A DNA stretch of 47,638 bases from an uncultured Pseudomonadota bacterium (lineage in GTDB: Bacteria > Pseudomonadota > Alphaproteobacteria > RF32 > CAG-239): assembly GCA_949295475.1 (NCBI GenBank), contig CASFLC010000082.1:1-47638 (forward strand), written 5' to 3'. Both the position numbers and the translations under genes were made by a program. The notes beneath the pieces were generated by a model. That model was not told where the DNA came from. It did not search any database and saw nothing but the letters and a program-made list of their open reading frames with translations. Shown piece by piece: positions 36,262 through 44,965 of this stretch (positions within the stretch are counted from its first letter, which is position 1; the number at the start of each line of letters is the position of its first letter).

Positions 36262-37281
36262 ATGAGCAAAACACAACTTAAAAGTCATAAGAAGACTTCT
36301 TCTCATACCGCCCAAAAACGGCAAACAGCCAGAGCCAAAGCCCCGACAAACAATTTATTCTCCAAATTTGACCTGACCATTGCCGTCCTTTCCTGGCGCC
36401 AGCCCAAAACCCTGCGCAATACACTGAACAGCTACCGCCGCAACGGTTTGCTGGATATGGTTCGGCAAAAGCTGATTTTCTTTAATCAGGTAACCTCCGA
36501 AGACTTGAAAATCGCGGAAGAATACGGTTTTGAGGTTATTGCGAACAAAAACAACATCGGTATTGGACTGCCCTACCAACAGCTTCTTCAACGTGCGACG
36601 TCAAAATACTTCATGTTTCTGGAAAACGATTTTATGCTGATTGAAGACGCTCAAACGACGGCTCAGCGCTTGCAGCAGGCGGTCGACCTTTTGGAAAACG
36701 GCGTGGATGCCGTCCGTTTCCGCCATCGTTATCATTACGGCGATCCCAGCAATTATCTTCGCAATGTCTGGAGCGGCAAACTGGATAAAAACATTCCTAC
36801 CCTGGAATGGATTTCTCTCTACGCGGATCCGTCGCTTTTAACGGATGTTATCCAAAAACAAGAACTCCCCGGACAAGACGTGTTTATCACCACCTCTCAA
36901 TACGGACATTATACCAACAACCCCTGCATGTATAAAAGAGAATTCATCTCAAAACTTATCCTGCCGGTCAAATTCAACAATCATGACGTTATTGAAAACA
37001 ATATCTGTGAGCTTTGGGACAAGGGAAATTTTTGCGTTGCCGCCGGAACCGGCCTCTTTAAGCATAACCCGCTGGAATTCAGCGGTTCCGCCTTCTCAGA
37101 AAACAAACGTATCAAAACACCGATAAAAAACTGGACGCATTACATTATCCGCCTCGGCATGCGGCGTAACGTCTTCAACTGCTTTCTGCTGCAGTTTTTG
37201 CCGATGATTTTCAAAATCAACCTCAACATCGCCGACAAATTTATGATTAACTTCTCTTTGGGACGTTACGAAAGCGTTTAA
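36262..37281 (+). CDS. GT-A-fold (GT2-like) putative glycosyltransferase
   Basis: LTIAVLSWRQPKTL strand-1 pattern and an acidic ENDF motif at the DxD position; 339 aa. Confidence 0.6.
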   Translation: MSKTQLKSHKKTSSHTAQKRQTARAKAPTNNLFSKFDLTIAVLSWRQPKTLRNTLNSYRRNGLLDMVRQKLIFFNQVTSEDLKIAEEYGFEVIANKNNIGIGLPYQQLLQRATSKYFMFLENDFMLIEDAQTTAQRLQQAVDLLENGVDAVRFRHRYHYGDPSNYLRNVWSGKLDKNIPTLEWISLYADPSLLTDVIQKQELPGQDVFITTSQYGHYTNNPCMYKREFISKLILPVKFNNHDVIENNICELWDKGNFCVAAGTGLFKHNPLEFSGSAFSENKRIKTPIKNWTHYIIRLGMRRNVFNCFLLQFLPMIFKINLNIADKFMINFSLGRYESV

Positions 37282-37296
37282 GCAAAAAGGAATGCC

Positions 37297-38265
37297 ATGT
37301 TTACATTATATTCAAAAAAGAAAAACGATGATGAAAGAGAAATAACCGTTCTGGGCTTCAAATTCAAATATAAAACCGATAAATATCAAAAACGAAAACC
37401 GCTGGAATACTATAAAAACCAGCCGCTTGAAGAGAAAATCAAAAAAATTTCCGCCCAATTTAAGAAAAAAGTCGGTTATCGCCTGAATTTGGAAAATCCT
37501 CAATCATTCAACGAGAAAATTCAGTGGCTCAAACTGTATTACCACAACCCGCTCATGACCATAGCAGCCGACAAATACCAAGCCAAGGACTATGTTGCTC
37601 AAAAAATCGGAAAAGAATATATTATTCCGACCTTGTTTGCCTGGGACAACGTTGACGACATAGATTTTGACAAACTCCCGCAACAATTTGTGCTGAAGCT
37701 AAACAGCGGCTGCGGCAAAAACATCATCTGCACCGATAAAAACAGTTTGGATATTGAAAGAACCAAAGAAAAGTTGAACAATTGGCTCAAGGCGGCAAAT
37801 CATTATTGCTACTCTTACGAATGGGCCTATGCGGACATCAAGCCCAAAATCATTTGCGAAAAATACATAGATTCCCTCACCGGAGATTTACTTGATTACA
37901 AATTTTTCTGCTACAGCGGACGCGTTGAAAATATGTACGTCGCCAGCAACCGCAGCAGGCATCTCAATATGAATTTTTATGACCGCTATTTCAATGAACT
38001 ACCGTTTATTCGCAAATGCCCCAAAAATCCCAAGCATTTTGTAAAACCAGAAAAATACGAAAAGATGATTGAATTGGCAGAAACGTTGGCGCAGGATTTT
38101 CCTTTTGTCCGGGTTGATTTCTACAATGTAGGACAACAAATTTATTTTGGTGAGTTAACATTTTATCCCTCAAATGGCATGGATCCATTTACGCCTCGAG
38201 AGTATGACTACACCTTCGGCAAACTGATAAAGCTGCCGGAACCGATGAATCCCGAAAAGGCTTAA
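37297..38265 (+). CDS. TupA-like ATP-grasp amidoligase
   Basis: NPQSFNEKIQWLKLYY, FVLKLNSGCG, DYKFFCYSG and VRVDFY...YFGELTFYP match the TupA-like ATP-grasp family pattern. Confidence 0.8.
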   Translation: MFTLYSKKKNDDEREITVLGFKFKYKTDKYQKRKPLEYYKNQPLEEKIKKISAQFKKKVGYRLNLENPQSFNEKIQWLKLYYHNPLMTIAADKYQAKDYVAQKIGKEYIIPTLFAWDNVDDIDFDKLPQQFVLKLNSGCGKNIICTDKNSLDIERTKEKLNNWLKAANHYCYSYEWAYADIKPKIICEKYIDSLTGDLLDYKFFCYSGRVENMYVASNRSRHLNMNFYDRYFNELPFIRKCPKNPKHFVKPEKYEKMIELAETLAQDFPFVRVDFYNVGQQIYFGELTFYPSNGMDPFTPREYDYTFGKLIKLPEPMNPEKA

Positions 38266-39167
38266 CGCTTCAAAGAGGCCTTAAACTTTCCCATAAATAT
38301 CTTAACCTTATCAAAAAAATTTAATCTTAACTTTTCAGATTCCATGATAAGGTTTTGATATTTATCTCTATTTTCCGTGATGTATTTGGGAAAATCAGCA
38401 TCAATAGCAACCGCTCTGAAATGTTTTCCGCGTCCGAAAAGATCATCGCCGTTTTTGACTCTGGCTTCTATTTTTGCCAAATCAGTAAACTCGTCTTTAT
38501 GAAATTCGGTATGTGAAATAGATAAAATCTTCTGCTGAATTGCTTTGGCTCCGCCCAAATAACTGAAATGCCAGCCACCGTTATGCACCCAAGGCCCTTT
38601 TTTGTAATAACGGATTTTGATCGGGGTCGTCGCCGTACAATATTCTGCCGGAAGCTTGCTGTTCATTTTAACCTTAACCCCGTCAAGTCCATGTGCAAAA
38701 TCTTTGAATTTCAACATTCTGGTTCCCTTAAACCAAACAGGTTCCTCAACACACAGATAGTTAAGGTAATAATAATAAAAGTTATTTTGAAAACACTTGA
38801 TACCCGGCTTGTCTTTATATTTCAAAATTTTCTCCGGCCGGGGAATCTCGTCCAAATCCGAAATCATAATCACATCGTCCGGCTGAGCCTCTGACAATCC
38901 TTTGGCTATATAGTTTTTTTGAATAAACTCAATAATCCACGGATTATCAATGGCTGAAAAATCTTCATCGCAGACCACATGAACAATTTTATCGGCAAAC
39001 GGAGCAAAACGTTCTTTGTTTTCTTCAAAATACAAAGGCTTGGATTGTCCTGTAAAAGTAGAAGTCGCCTCAACCAGCACAAACTTGTCAACAACCGGAT
39101 TTAAGACGTTAAGTCTGATTTCCAACAAATCCAGTTCGTTAAAAAAAGGAAAACAATCATATATCAT
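38262..39167 (-). CDS. Glycosyltransferase family 17-like protein
   Basis: MIYDCFPFFNELDLLEIRLNVL...VLVEA is the GT17 N-terminal signature. The internal ATG at 39167 is preferred; the track start is 39224. Confidence 0.8.
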   Translation of the reverse strand: MIYDCFPFFNELDLLEIRLNVLNPVVDKFVLVEATSTFTGQSKPLYFEENKERFAPFADKIVHVVCDEDFSAIDNPWIIEFIQKNYIAKGLSEAQPDDVIMISDLDEIPRPEKILKYKDKPGIKCFQNNFYYYYLNYLCVEEPVWFKGTRMLKFKDFAHGLDGVKVKMNSKLPAEYCTATTPIKIRYYKKGPWVHNGGWHFSYLGGAKAIQQKILSISHTEFHKDEFTDLAKIEARVKNGDDLFGRGKHFRAVAIDADFPKYITENRDKYQNLIMESEKLRLNFFDKVKIFMGKFKASLKR

Positions 39168-39252
39168 TTTCAGCCTCTCCCAAAAAATATGCCTAAAGCA
39201 TACCGCAGGCCTCAAAAATGACAACCGCTATCCGCAATCTATACCAAGATTT

Positions 39253-39786
39253 TTATTTATCTGAACGAGGATGACAGCCGCAATAATCCTGAGCATAGAG
39301 CTGCAAATCTTTGATTAAAGCCTGACGCCGTTCCTGCATTCCGCCTTTACGCCCCTCCACAAGCTCATAAGGAACACCGGTTTCCAAAGACGCCTGCTCG
39401 GCCGCAGCATTAACCTGCTCCAGATTTTTATAACGGGAAACGCCCAAAACCGAAGCCACGGCATCAAACCCCTGCTCTTTTGCATACTCCATGGCTCTCT
39501 TGAGTCGCATACAAAAGCAAACCGAACAGCGTTTTCCCCGCTCCGGCTCGTTTTCCAGTCCTTTTGTCAGGCTTTGCCAGCGTTCATTGTCATATTCCAG
39601 TTCAACAAAAGGAACGTTATATAAGCGGCAAACCTTCAAATTCTCGTCTCGCCGCTTTTCGTACTCCGCCTCCGGCCGGATATTCGGGTTATAAAACAAA
39701 ACCGCAAAATCCGCCTTTTCCTCGGCAAGCTTTTCAATTACCGCGACGGAACACGGCGCGCAGCAGGACAATAAAAGCAGTTTCAT
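39253..39786 (-). CDS. queH: Epoxyqueuosine reductase QueH (DUF208)
   Basis: LLLSCCAPCS, FYNPNI.P..EY, RC..C and a C-terminal YCGC. Confidence 0.85.
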   Translation of the reverse strand: MKLLLLSCCAPCSVAVIEKLAEEKADFAVLFYNPNIRPEAEYEKRRDENLKVCRLYNVPFVELEYDNERWQSLTKGLENEPERGKRCSVCFCMRLKRAMEYAKEQGFDAVASVLGVSRYKNLEQVNAAAEQASLETGVPYELVEGRKGGMQERRQALIKDLQLYAQDYCGCHPRSDK

Positions 39787-40079
39787 TCAATTTTCCTCAG
39801 TTTTGAAAAGCGATTATAACCCAAATCCGGCTAAAATCCAGATTTTTTTTAAACAATGATTAATCTTGAAAATTTTTTCATATAAAAAACAAACGCTGAC
39901 ACAGCTTTTTTACATAAAATATTATAACAAATTGAAAATTAAAATAAAAAAACAAAAAAATTCAATCACTACGAACAACGGCATCACCTAAATTTTTATA
40001 GAAACAGATTGTCAGACGAACCATATTTTATGAAATCCGGTTACTGGAAAAAAACGATATAAAGGATTATAAAAAAAAC

Positions 40080-40424
40080 ATGAACAAAAACATGCAGAAA
40101 TATTTGGGATTGAGGGTTAAAATCCTGCGTGAAAAAGCGCACCTGACACAGGAAGAACTCTCCGTCGCATGTGACGTCAGCTGGCGGACAATTTCCAATC
40201 TGGAACGCGGCCGGGTAATGCCCGAACTTGCGTTGATTCTCAAAATTTCAGCCTATTTCAAAATTCCGCTTGAAGATTTGCTGAACGTCAGCATCGCCGA
40301 ACACAAAAGCCTGTTCAGAATAGAAAAAGAACTTATTGTCATCGAAAAAATCAAATCGGTCAACGATTCCACGCTCAATTACATTTCAGAACAAATCGAC
40401 CTGATTCTCAAACATTTTCAATGA
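40080..40424 (+). CDS. XRE-family helix-turn-helix transcriptional regulator
   Basis: LRVKILREKAHLTQEELSVACDVSWRTISNLERG is a canonical HTH_3 segment; 114 aa. Confidence 0.85.
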   Translation: MNKNMQKYLGLRVKILREKAHLTQEELSVACDVSWRTISNLERGRVMPELALILKISAYFKIPLEDLLNVSIAEHKSLFRIEKELIVIEKIKSVNDSTLNYISEQIDLILKHFQ

Positions 40425-40594
40425 ATTATCCTGTCAGATTCATTTTTGAACTGTTCAAACGCGACATCGGCAAAAAAATAGGTGTCGCGCATTTTTAATT
40501 TTTGCAGTTTTTCAATCAGCCGCTCAAAATCGGCCCGCACTTGAGCAAAAGAAAGCTCTTTTTTCTCTTTTATCCCTGCAGATTCTTTAAACAT
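40418..40594 (-). CDS. Candidate 58-aa small protein, below the ORF-track cutoff
   Basis: My translation is MFKESAGIKEKKELSFAQVRADFERLIEKLQKLKMRDTYFFADVAFEQFKNESDRIIH. GGAG lies about 7 nt upstream of the ATG. Its 3' end overlaps the XRE gene end by 7 nt. Confidence 0.35.
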   Translation of the reverse strand: MFKESAGIKEKKELSFAQVRADFERLIEKLQKLKMRDTYFFADVAFEQFKNESDRIIH

Positions 40595-40707
40595 TTACGT
40601 TCTCCGCCAACTTTTATATGTACAAATAAATTTTACAGATGTAATATATTTCATGTTTAGGTAACAATAACACACCTTATTTCATAAATAAGACCTATAA
40701 AACAGGG

Positions 40708-41592
40708 ATGGTAATGACAATCAAAAAAGACACCGAACTGGCTGAAAAGATATTCATTTTTACGGAAATAGCCAAATGCGGCAAAATAAAATCGGCAGCC
40801 CAGAGAAACGGCATTAAAGAATCAAACCTGTCCCGTTCCCTGAAAGAAACCGAAGAACATTTTCAGTGCAAACTTTTCAACCGGACGCACGGCGGCGTCC
40901 AGCTGACGGAAAAAGGACGCGCTTTTTACAACATAGCCTGTGCATTGGAAGACTCTCTGCATCAGATAAAAACTTTTGCCAACAATATATGCGATATTTC
41001 CGGAGACATTAACGTCTGGAGCAGCGAAGGCGTCGGCACGGACTTCTTTTCCCTTTATCTGGAAGATTTTTACAAAGAATATCCGAAAGTTCATCTAAAC
41101 ATACATTGCTCGCTGGAAAGTCCCAACCACATTAACGACATTGATTTGGGAATAGTCTATCAAAAACCGATGTTCAGCGATGCCGTCGTCATCTCACACG
41201 GCAACATCGTTTTTAAACCCTGCGCCTCTGCCGATTACGTCAAAAAATACGGCGCGCCGAAAAACCTTGACGACCTGATACGCAACCACAGCATTTGCAC
41301 CCGTGACAACTTTCGCCTCTGGCCCGAATGGAACAACATCATTTCAAACGCGGCCAATCTGAAAGCCACCACCAATTCGTCATCCATGCTTTTGTGTATG
41401 GTCAAGCAGGGCATCGGAATATCTCTGCTGCCGACATTCATTGCTGCAAAAGATGCCGATTTAATCTCTTTGCCAAAATTAAACCTCACCGTTCGTCACC
41501 CGTTATGGATAATCAGCCACAAAGACTCCAAAGATATCCCCAAAGTCAGATGCCTGATTAACTACATGATTGAAGCTTCCAAAAACTTATAG
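40708..41592 (+). CDS. LysR-family transcriptional regulator (full length)
   Basis: N-terminal winged HTH (KIKSAAQRNGIKESNLSRSLKETEEHFQCKLFNRTHGGVQLTEKG) plus an effector domain of about 200 aa. Confidence 0.85.
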   Translation: MVMTIKKDTELAEKIFIFTEIAKCGKIKSAAQRNGIKESNLSRSLKETEEHFQCKLFNRTHGGVQLTEKGRAFYNIACALEDSLHQIKTFANNICDISGDINVWSSEGVGTDFFSLYLEDFYKEYPKVHLNIHCSLESPNHINDIDLGIVYQKPMFSDAVVISHGNIVFKPCASADYVKKYGAPKNLDDLIRNHSICTRDNFRLWPEWNNIISNAANLKATTNSSSMLLCMVKQGIGISLLPTFIAAKDADLISLPKLNLTVRHPLWIISHKDSKDIPKVRCLINYMIEASKNL

Positions 41593-42122
41593 AGTTTAAC
41601 GGCCTCCTCTTTGGTGCCGTCATATATAAAATAGACGTCTTGTTTAATCGCCGAACCAATGGTGTGTTTGACGACGGCTTTGCTGCCCGTATCTTCGGGT
41701 TTATCCCGAACGACGGCCAAATCGGCTGTTTCGGGACTGTCTGCCGCCTCCACCAGACATAACTCGTTTTCTTTCAAAAAATCATCCAAACGATCGACTT
41801 CAAACTCGCCGTCTATGTAGACTCTGACAATCTTAATCTCATCCTCCCGTCGGGATAACACACTCTCAAACAAGCGCAATTTTTCCTCTACCCTGAGCGT
41901 CATGTTATAAATCTGCTTACCTGCGGTTGTCGGACGGACGCCGTCTCTTGAGCGATGCAGCAACTGCACATGCAACTCTTCTTCCAAATCCTTCAGCATT
42001 TTACTCAGATTCGAAATCTTAATACCATTCTTTTGGGCCGTAAGCGTAATTTGCCCATTGCGAATGGTTTCCTGAAAATACAGGAGGCTTCTCATCAATA
42101 AAACTTTCTTTTTCACACTCAT
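41562..42122 (-). CDS. Short LysR-like regulator (HTH plus a truncated effector region)
   Basis: Its HTH is paralogous to the neighbouring LysR (ITLTAQKNGIKISNLSKMLKDLEEELHVQLLHRSRDGVRPTTAG), but only about 100 aa follow it. Confidence 0.65.
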   Translation of the reverse strand: MSVKKKVLLMRSLLYFQETIRNGQITLTAQKNGIKISNLSKMLKDLEEELHVQLLHRSRDGVRPTTAGKQIYNMTLRVEEKLRLFESVLSRREDEIKIVRVYIDGEFEVDRLDDFLKENELCLVEAADSPETADLAVVRDKPEDTGSKAVVKHTIGSAIKQDVYFIYDGTKEEAVKLYKFLEASIM

Positions 42123-42218
42123 TTCAACGATTCACTATCAAAAGTGTCTAATATTATAAACCTGTATTATCAAAGTAGTACCTTCAAAAGCGTTAAAGGT
42201 CAATATTATTATTTTCTT

Positions 42219-43331
42219 ATGGAACAAAAAATTGAAATAGACATCATCCGCAACTTAGACGATCTCCGGGCATCTTTTGCTCTGAGACATCAAGAATTTG
42301 TTGAAAAACAAGGCGTAAAAGAAAATCTTGAGTTTGATGGAAATGATTTTAGCGGCACCCATATCATTGCCAAAAAAGACAATCAGATTGCCGCGGTAAT
42401 GCGTCTGCGTTATTTTAGCGACTTTGTCCGACTGGAACGATTCTGCAAAAATCCGGATTTGCGAATTCCCGGATTGATAGACCATGTTTTGGAACATGCC
42501 AGAAACTTCATCTCACACAAAGGATACGCCCAAACCCACTGTTTTTGCAAAGAGGGACTTTACCGTCATTGGCTGGACAAAGGCCACGATGCCCTGCCCG
42601 ACGCGGCTCTTTTAGATTTGGGAGGCATCAAGCTGTATCCTGTTTCTTTGAGGATTTCTCCGGTGGAAAACCCTGTCAAGCTTTCGTCGGCAGCAGAAGT
42701 CATTGCCGCTCCGGAAGGACGAAACCGCATGGGTGAACTTTTTGCGGAAGGACAATTTCTGCCCGCTGTTGCGCCGGCAAGACAATCCGGATATGAAGTT
42801 TCCATTGTCAGAACACTGTCTGAAATGGAAAATTTGCTTGATTTTCAACAAAAACACAGTCCCAAACTGTTGCAAGACGGCAACAATCTGACGGCAACGC
42901 ATCTTGTTTGCTTTCGTCGAAACGAAATCGCGGCTTCGCTCCGCATAAGATACTTCCGGGACTTTGTCAAACTGGAAAACTTTTGTGCCGCCGCCGGCCA
43001 GGCCGTCGAACCGGCCGCTGCGGCCCTTTATGCCTATGCGGCGGGATTTCTGTCGGACAAAGGATACCGGCACACGCTGGCTTATTCGTCTCAAATACGA
43101 ATGCCCGAAGGGCTGAGCCCTCTGTCCTTGGCCCAACCGCTTACCTGTAACGACAGGACCGGCTTCCCCTTCAGTCTGAATTTATCTCCGCATAACCGCG
43201 TCAGCATCAAGTCGCACCCGGATATTCTCATTGCGGCGGAAGGGAAATGGCAGCTGCCCAAAGAACCGGAACAAACGCGCGATACCCGGGCAATTATTAT
43301 CAACCGCCACAAAGAACATTATTCCAAATAA
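42219..43331 (+). CDS. Internally duplicated GNAT-like acyltransferase (two tandem modules of about 185 aa)
   Basis: Module 1 reads ...LRHQEFVEKQGV...FDGNDFSGTHIIAKKDNQIAAVMRLRYFSDFVRLERFC. Module 2 reads ...THLVCFRRNEIAASLRIRYFRDFVKLENFC. The ATG at 42219 is preferred to the GTG at 42144. Confidence 0.7.
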   Translation: MEQKIEIDIIRNLDDLRASFALRHQEFVEKQGVKENLEFDGNDFSGTHIIAKKDNQIAAVMRLRYFSDFVRLERFCKNPDLRIPGLIDHVLEHARNFISHKGYAQTHCFCKEGLYRHWLDKGHDALPDAALLDLGGIKLYPVSLRISPVENPVKLSSAAEVIAAPEGRNRMGELFAEGQFLPAVAPARQSGYEVSIVRTLSEMENLLDFQQKHSPKLLQDGNNLTATHLVCFRRNEIAASLRIRYFRDFVKLENFCAAAGQAVEPAAAALYAYAAGFLSDKGYRHTLAYSSQIRMPEGLSPLSLAQPLTCNDRTGFPFSLNLSPHNRVSIKSHPDILIAAEGKWQLPKEPEQTRDTRAIIINRHKEHYSK

Positions 43332-43376
43332 ATATTTAAGTCTTATAATGGCTTTAAAATTTATTGGAAAATAAAA

Positions 43377-44099
43377 ATGGAAAACACGCGTCTCTACAAA
43401 AACATCGTCATTTTGACCGGCGCCGGAATTTCGGCTGAATCGGGATTATCGACTTTCCGCAGCGCCAACGGACTGTGGAACAATCATCGGGTTGAAGACG
43501 TCGCAACGGTCGAAGCCTTTGAACGCAACCCGGAATTTGTTCATGATTTTTACAACACTCTCAAACCTGAAATTCTCAAAGCGGCTCCCAACCCGGCGCA
43601 TCTGGCATTGACCAAACTGCAAAAAGAATATCCGGCAGAGGTTTCCGTCATCACCCAGAATGTCGATACGCTGCACGAAAAAGCCGGCACACAAAACATT
43701 TACCACATCCACGGGCAAATCAATCAGGCGGTCTGCCTCAATTGCGGACACGTTCTGGAAAGCTGGAGCGACGTAACAACGGAAACGGCCTGCCCTTCCT
43801 GCGGGATTGCCGGCATGATGAAACCCAACATCGTTTTCTTTGGAGAAAACCTGTTGTATATGGACAAAGTGGAATACCTTCTGCGCCATTGTGACCTATT
43901 TTTGTCTGTCGGCACTTCGGGCGTTGTCTATCCTGCGGCCGGTTTTGTGCAAACCGTCAAATATTACGGCGCGGACGCCGTTGAATTTACGCTGGAACCA
44001 ACCGCTAACAATTATTTGTTTGACCGGCATATTTACGGTCCGGCCGGTAAAACGCTGCCTCAGTTTGTCGATGAGTTGATTTCGAGCCTGCGGAAATAA
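43377..44099 (+). CDS. cobB: NAD-dependent protein deacylase (sirtuin, CobB)
   Basis: GAGISAESGLSTFR, QNVDTLH, catalytic HG, and a CLNCG...CPSCG zinc ribbon; 240 aa. Confidence 0.9.
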   Translation: MENTRLYKNIVILTGAGISAESGLSTFRSANGLWNNHRVEDVATVEAFERNPEFVHDFYNTLKPEILKAAPNPAHLALTKLQKEYPAEVSVITQNVDTLHEKAGTQNIYHIHGQINQAVCLNCGHVLESWSDVTTETACPSCGIAGMMKPNIVFFGENLLYMDKVEYLLRHCDLFLSVGTSGVVYPAAGFVQTVKYYGADAVEFTLEPTANNYLFDRHIYGPAGKTLPQFVDELISSLRK

Positions 44100-44863
44100 T
44101 CCCTGTCTTTTCGCCACGGATCGGCGTTTAACGGCGGTTTATAACCGGTTTCCATCGTCACCCTGGCTTTCTCGTCAATAAAACGATTAATTATGGTTTC
44201 CAAATCAAAGTCTCCTTCGCCGAAATGAAGATGCACATCATCAATGCCCTGCAGCCTCCCGTCGCACAAGTGATACATATCCGGCTCCAAAAGTCTGAAA
44301 TCATCTAAAATATCGACAGGTTTTCTTTTGTAATAATTAGCCGCACACACGGCATGAGAAAAATCCATACAAAACTTACAGCCCGTTTCCGCTTTTATCC
44401 GCTCAATCTGTTCGGGAAAAACGCCGTGTTGAAATTTTTTTGAAACCATACAAAACGCCGCCATATTTTCTACGGCGATTCTCGTATCGTTAAAAAGCCG
44501 AAATTGCCTTATGGTCTCGTCAATATTCTGAGGCAGCGTCCCGCAGCCGGCATGAACAATAATAATATCCGCCTGCAACGCATCGGCAAAACGTTGAGAA
44601 TCTCCGATATCCTTTAAATTATTCTTCAATGCGCCGCTGTCTCCGCAATCAAACCCATAGGCACTGTGCGAATTGTGAATAACAACCGGACAGCCGCGCA
44701 CCCCCTCCCTGACAGCCTCAAACGTATCCTCGTATGTATTTGGGAAAACAAACAACTCGACATACTCAAACTCTTTTCTTCTGATGGCTTCTGCAACATC
44801 ATCAAAAAAAGCCTTGTACTTCAAAACGTCTCTTGTCCACAACTTAACGCCGAGTTTACGCAT
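44060..44863 (-). CDS. Xylose-isomerase-like TIM-barrel (AP endonuclease 2 fold) protein
   Basis: 267-aa ORF with alternating beta/alpha segments and metal-ligand-like residues (VIHNSH, IIIVHAG, DFSH, HLHFGEGD). The family call is approximate. It overlaps the cobB 3' end by 40 nt. Confidence 0.6.
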   Translation of the reverse strand: MRKLGVKLWTRDVLKYKAFFDDVAEAIRRKEFEYVELFVFPNTYEDTFEAVREGVRGCPVVIHNSHSAYGFDCGDSGALKNNLKDIGDSQRFADALQADIIIVHAGCGTLPQNIDETIRQFRLFNDTRIAVENMAAFCMVSKKFQHGVFPEQIERIKAETGCKFCMDFSHAVCAANYYKRKPVDILDDFRLLEPDMYHLCDGRLQGIDDVHLHFGEGDFDLETIINRFIDEKARVTMETGYKPPLNADPWRKDRDYFRRLEINSSTN

Positions 44864-44965
44864 ATTCGTCCTTTCTTTTTTTTTGCAATTTACACCCCGC
44901 TGATAAATGACGCAAGCAAAATAAAAGGACTGCGCAAGACAGCCCTTTTAATAAAAAGACGGAAA

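Noticed and set aside
2805-42218. N-terminal extensions implied by the ORF-track starts at 2805, 11308, 12777, 13537, 14895, 34351, 39224 and 42144
   Set aside because: Each extension overlaps the upstream gene or a promoter element and lacks homology-like sequence. In each case an internal ATG gives a proper signal anchor or family-typical N-terminus, often with an SD-like site.
43377-44099. Sir2-domain gene as a possible anti-phage SIR2 effector
   Set aside because: It is a compact 240-aa canonical CobB with an intact NAD pocket, catalytic His and a four-Cys zinc ribbon. It is not fused or paired with HerA, TIR, STAND or similar defence partners.
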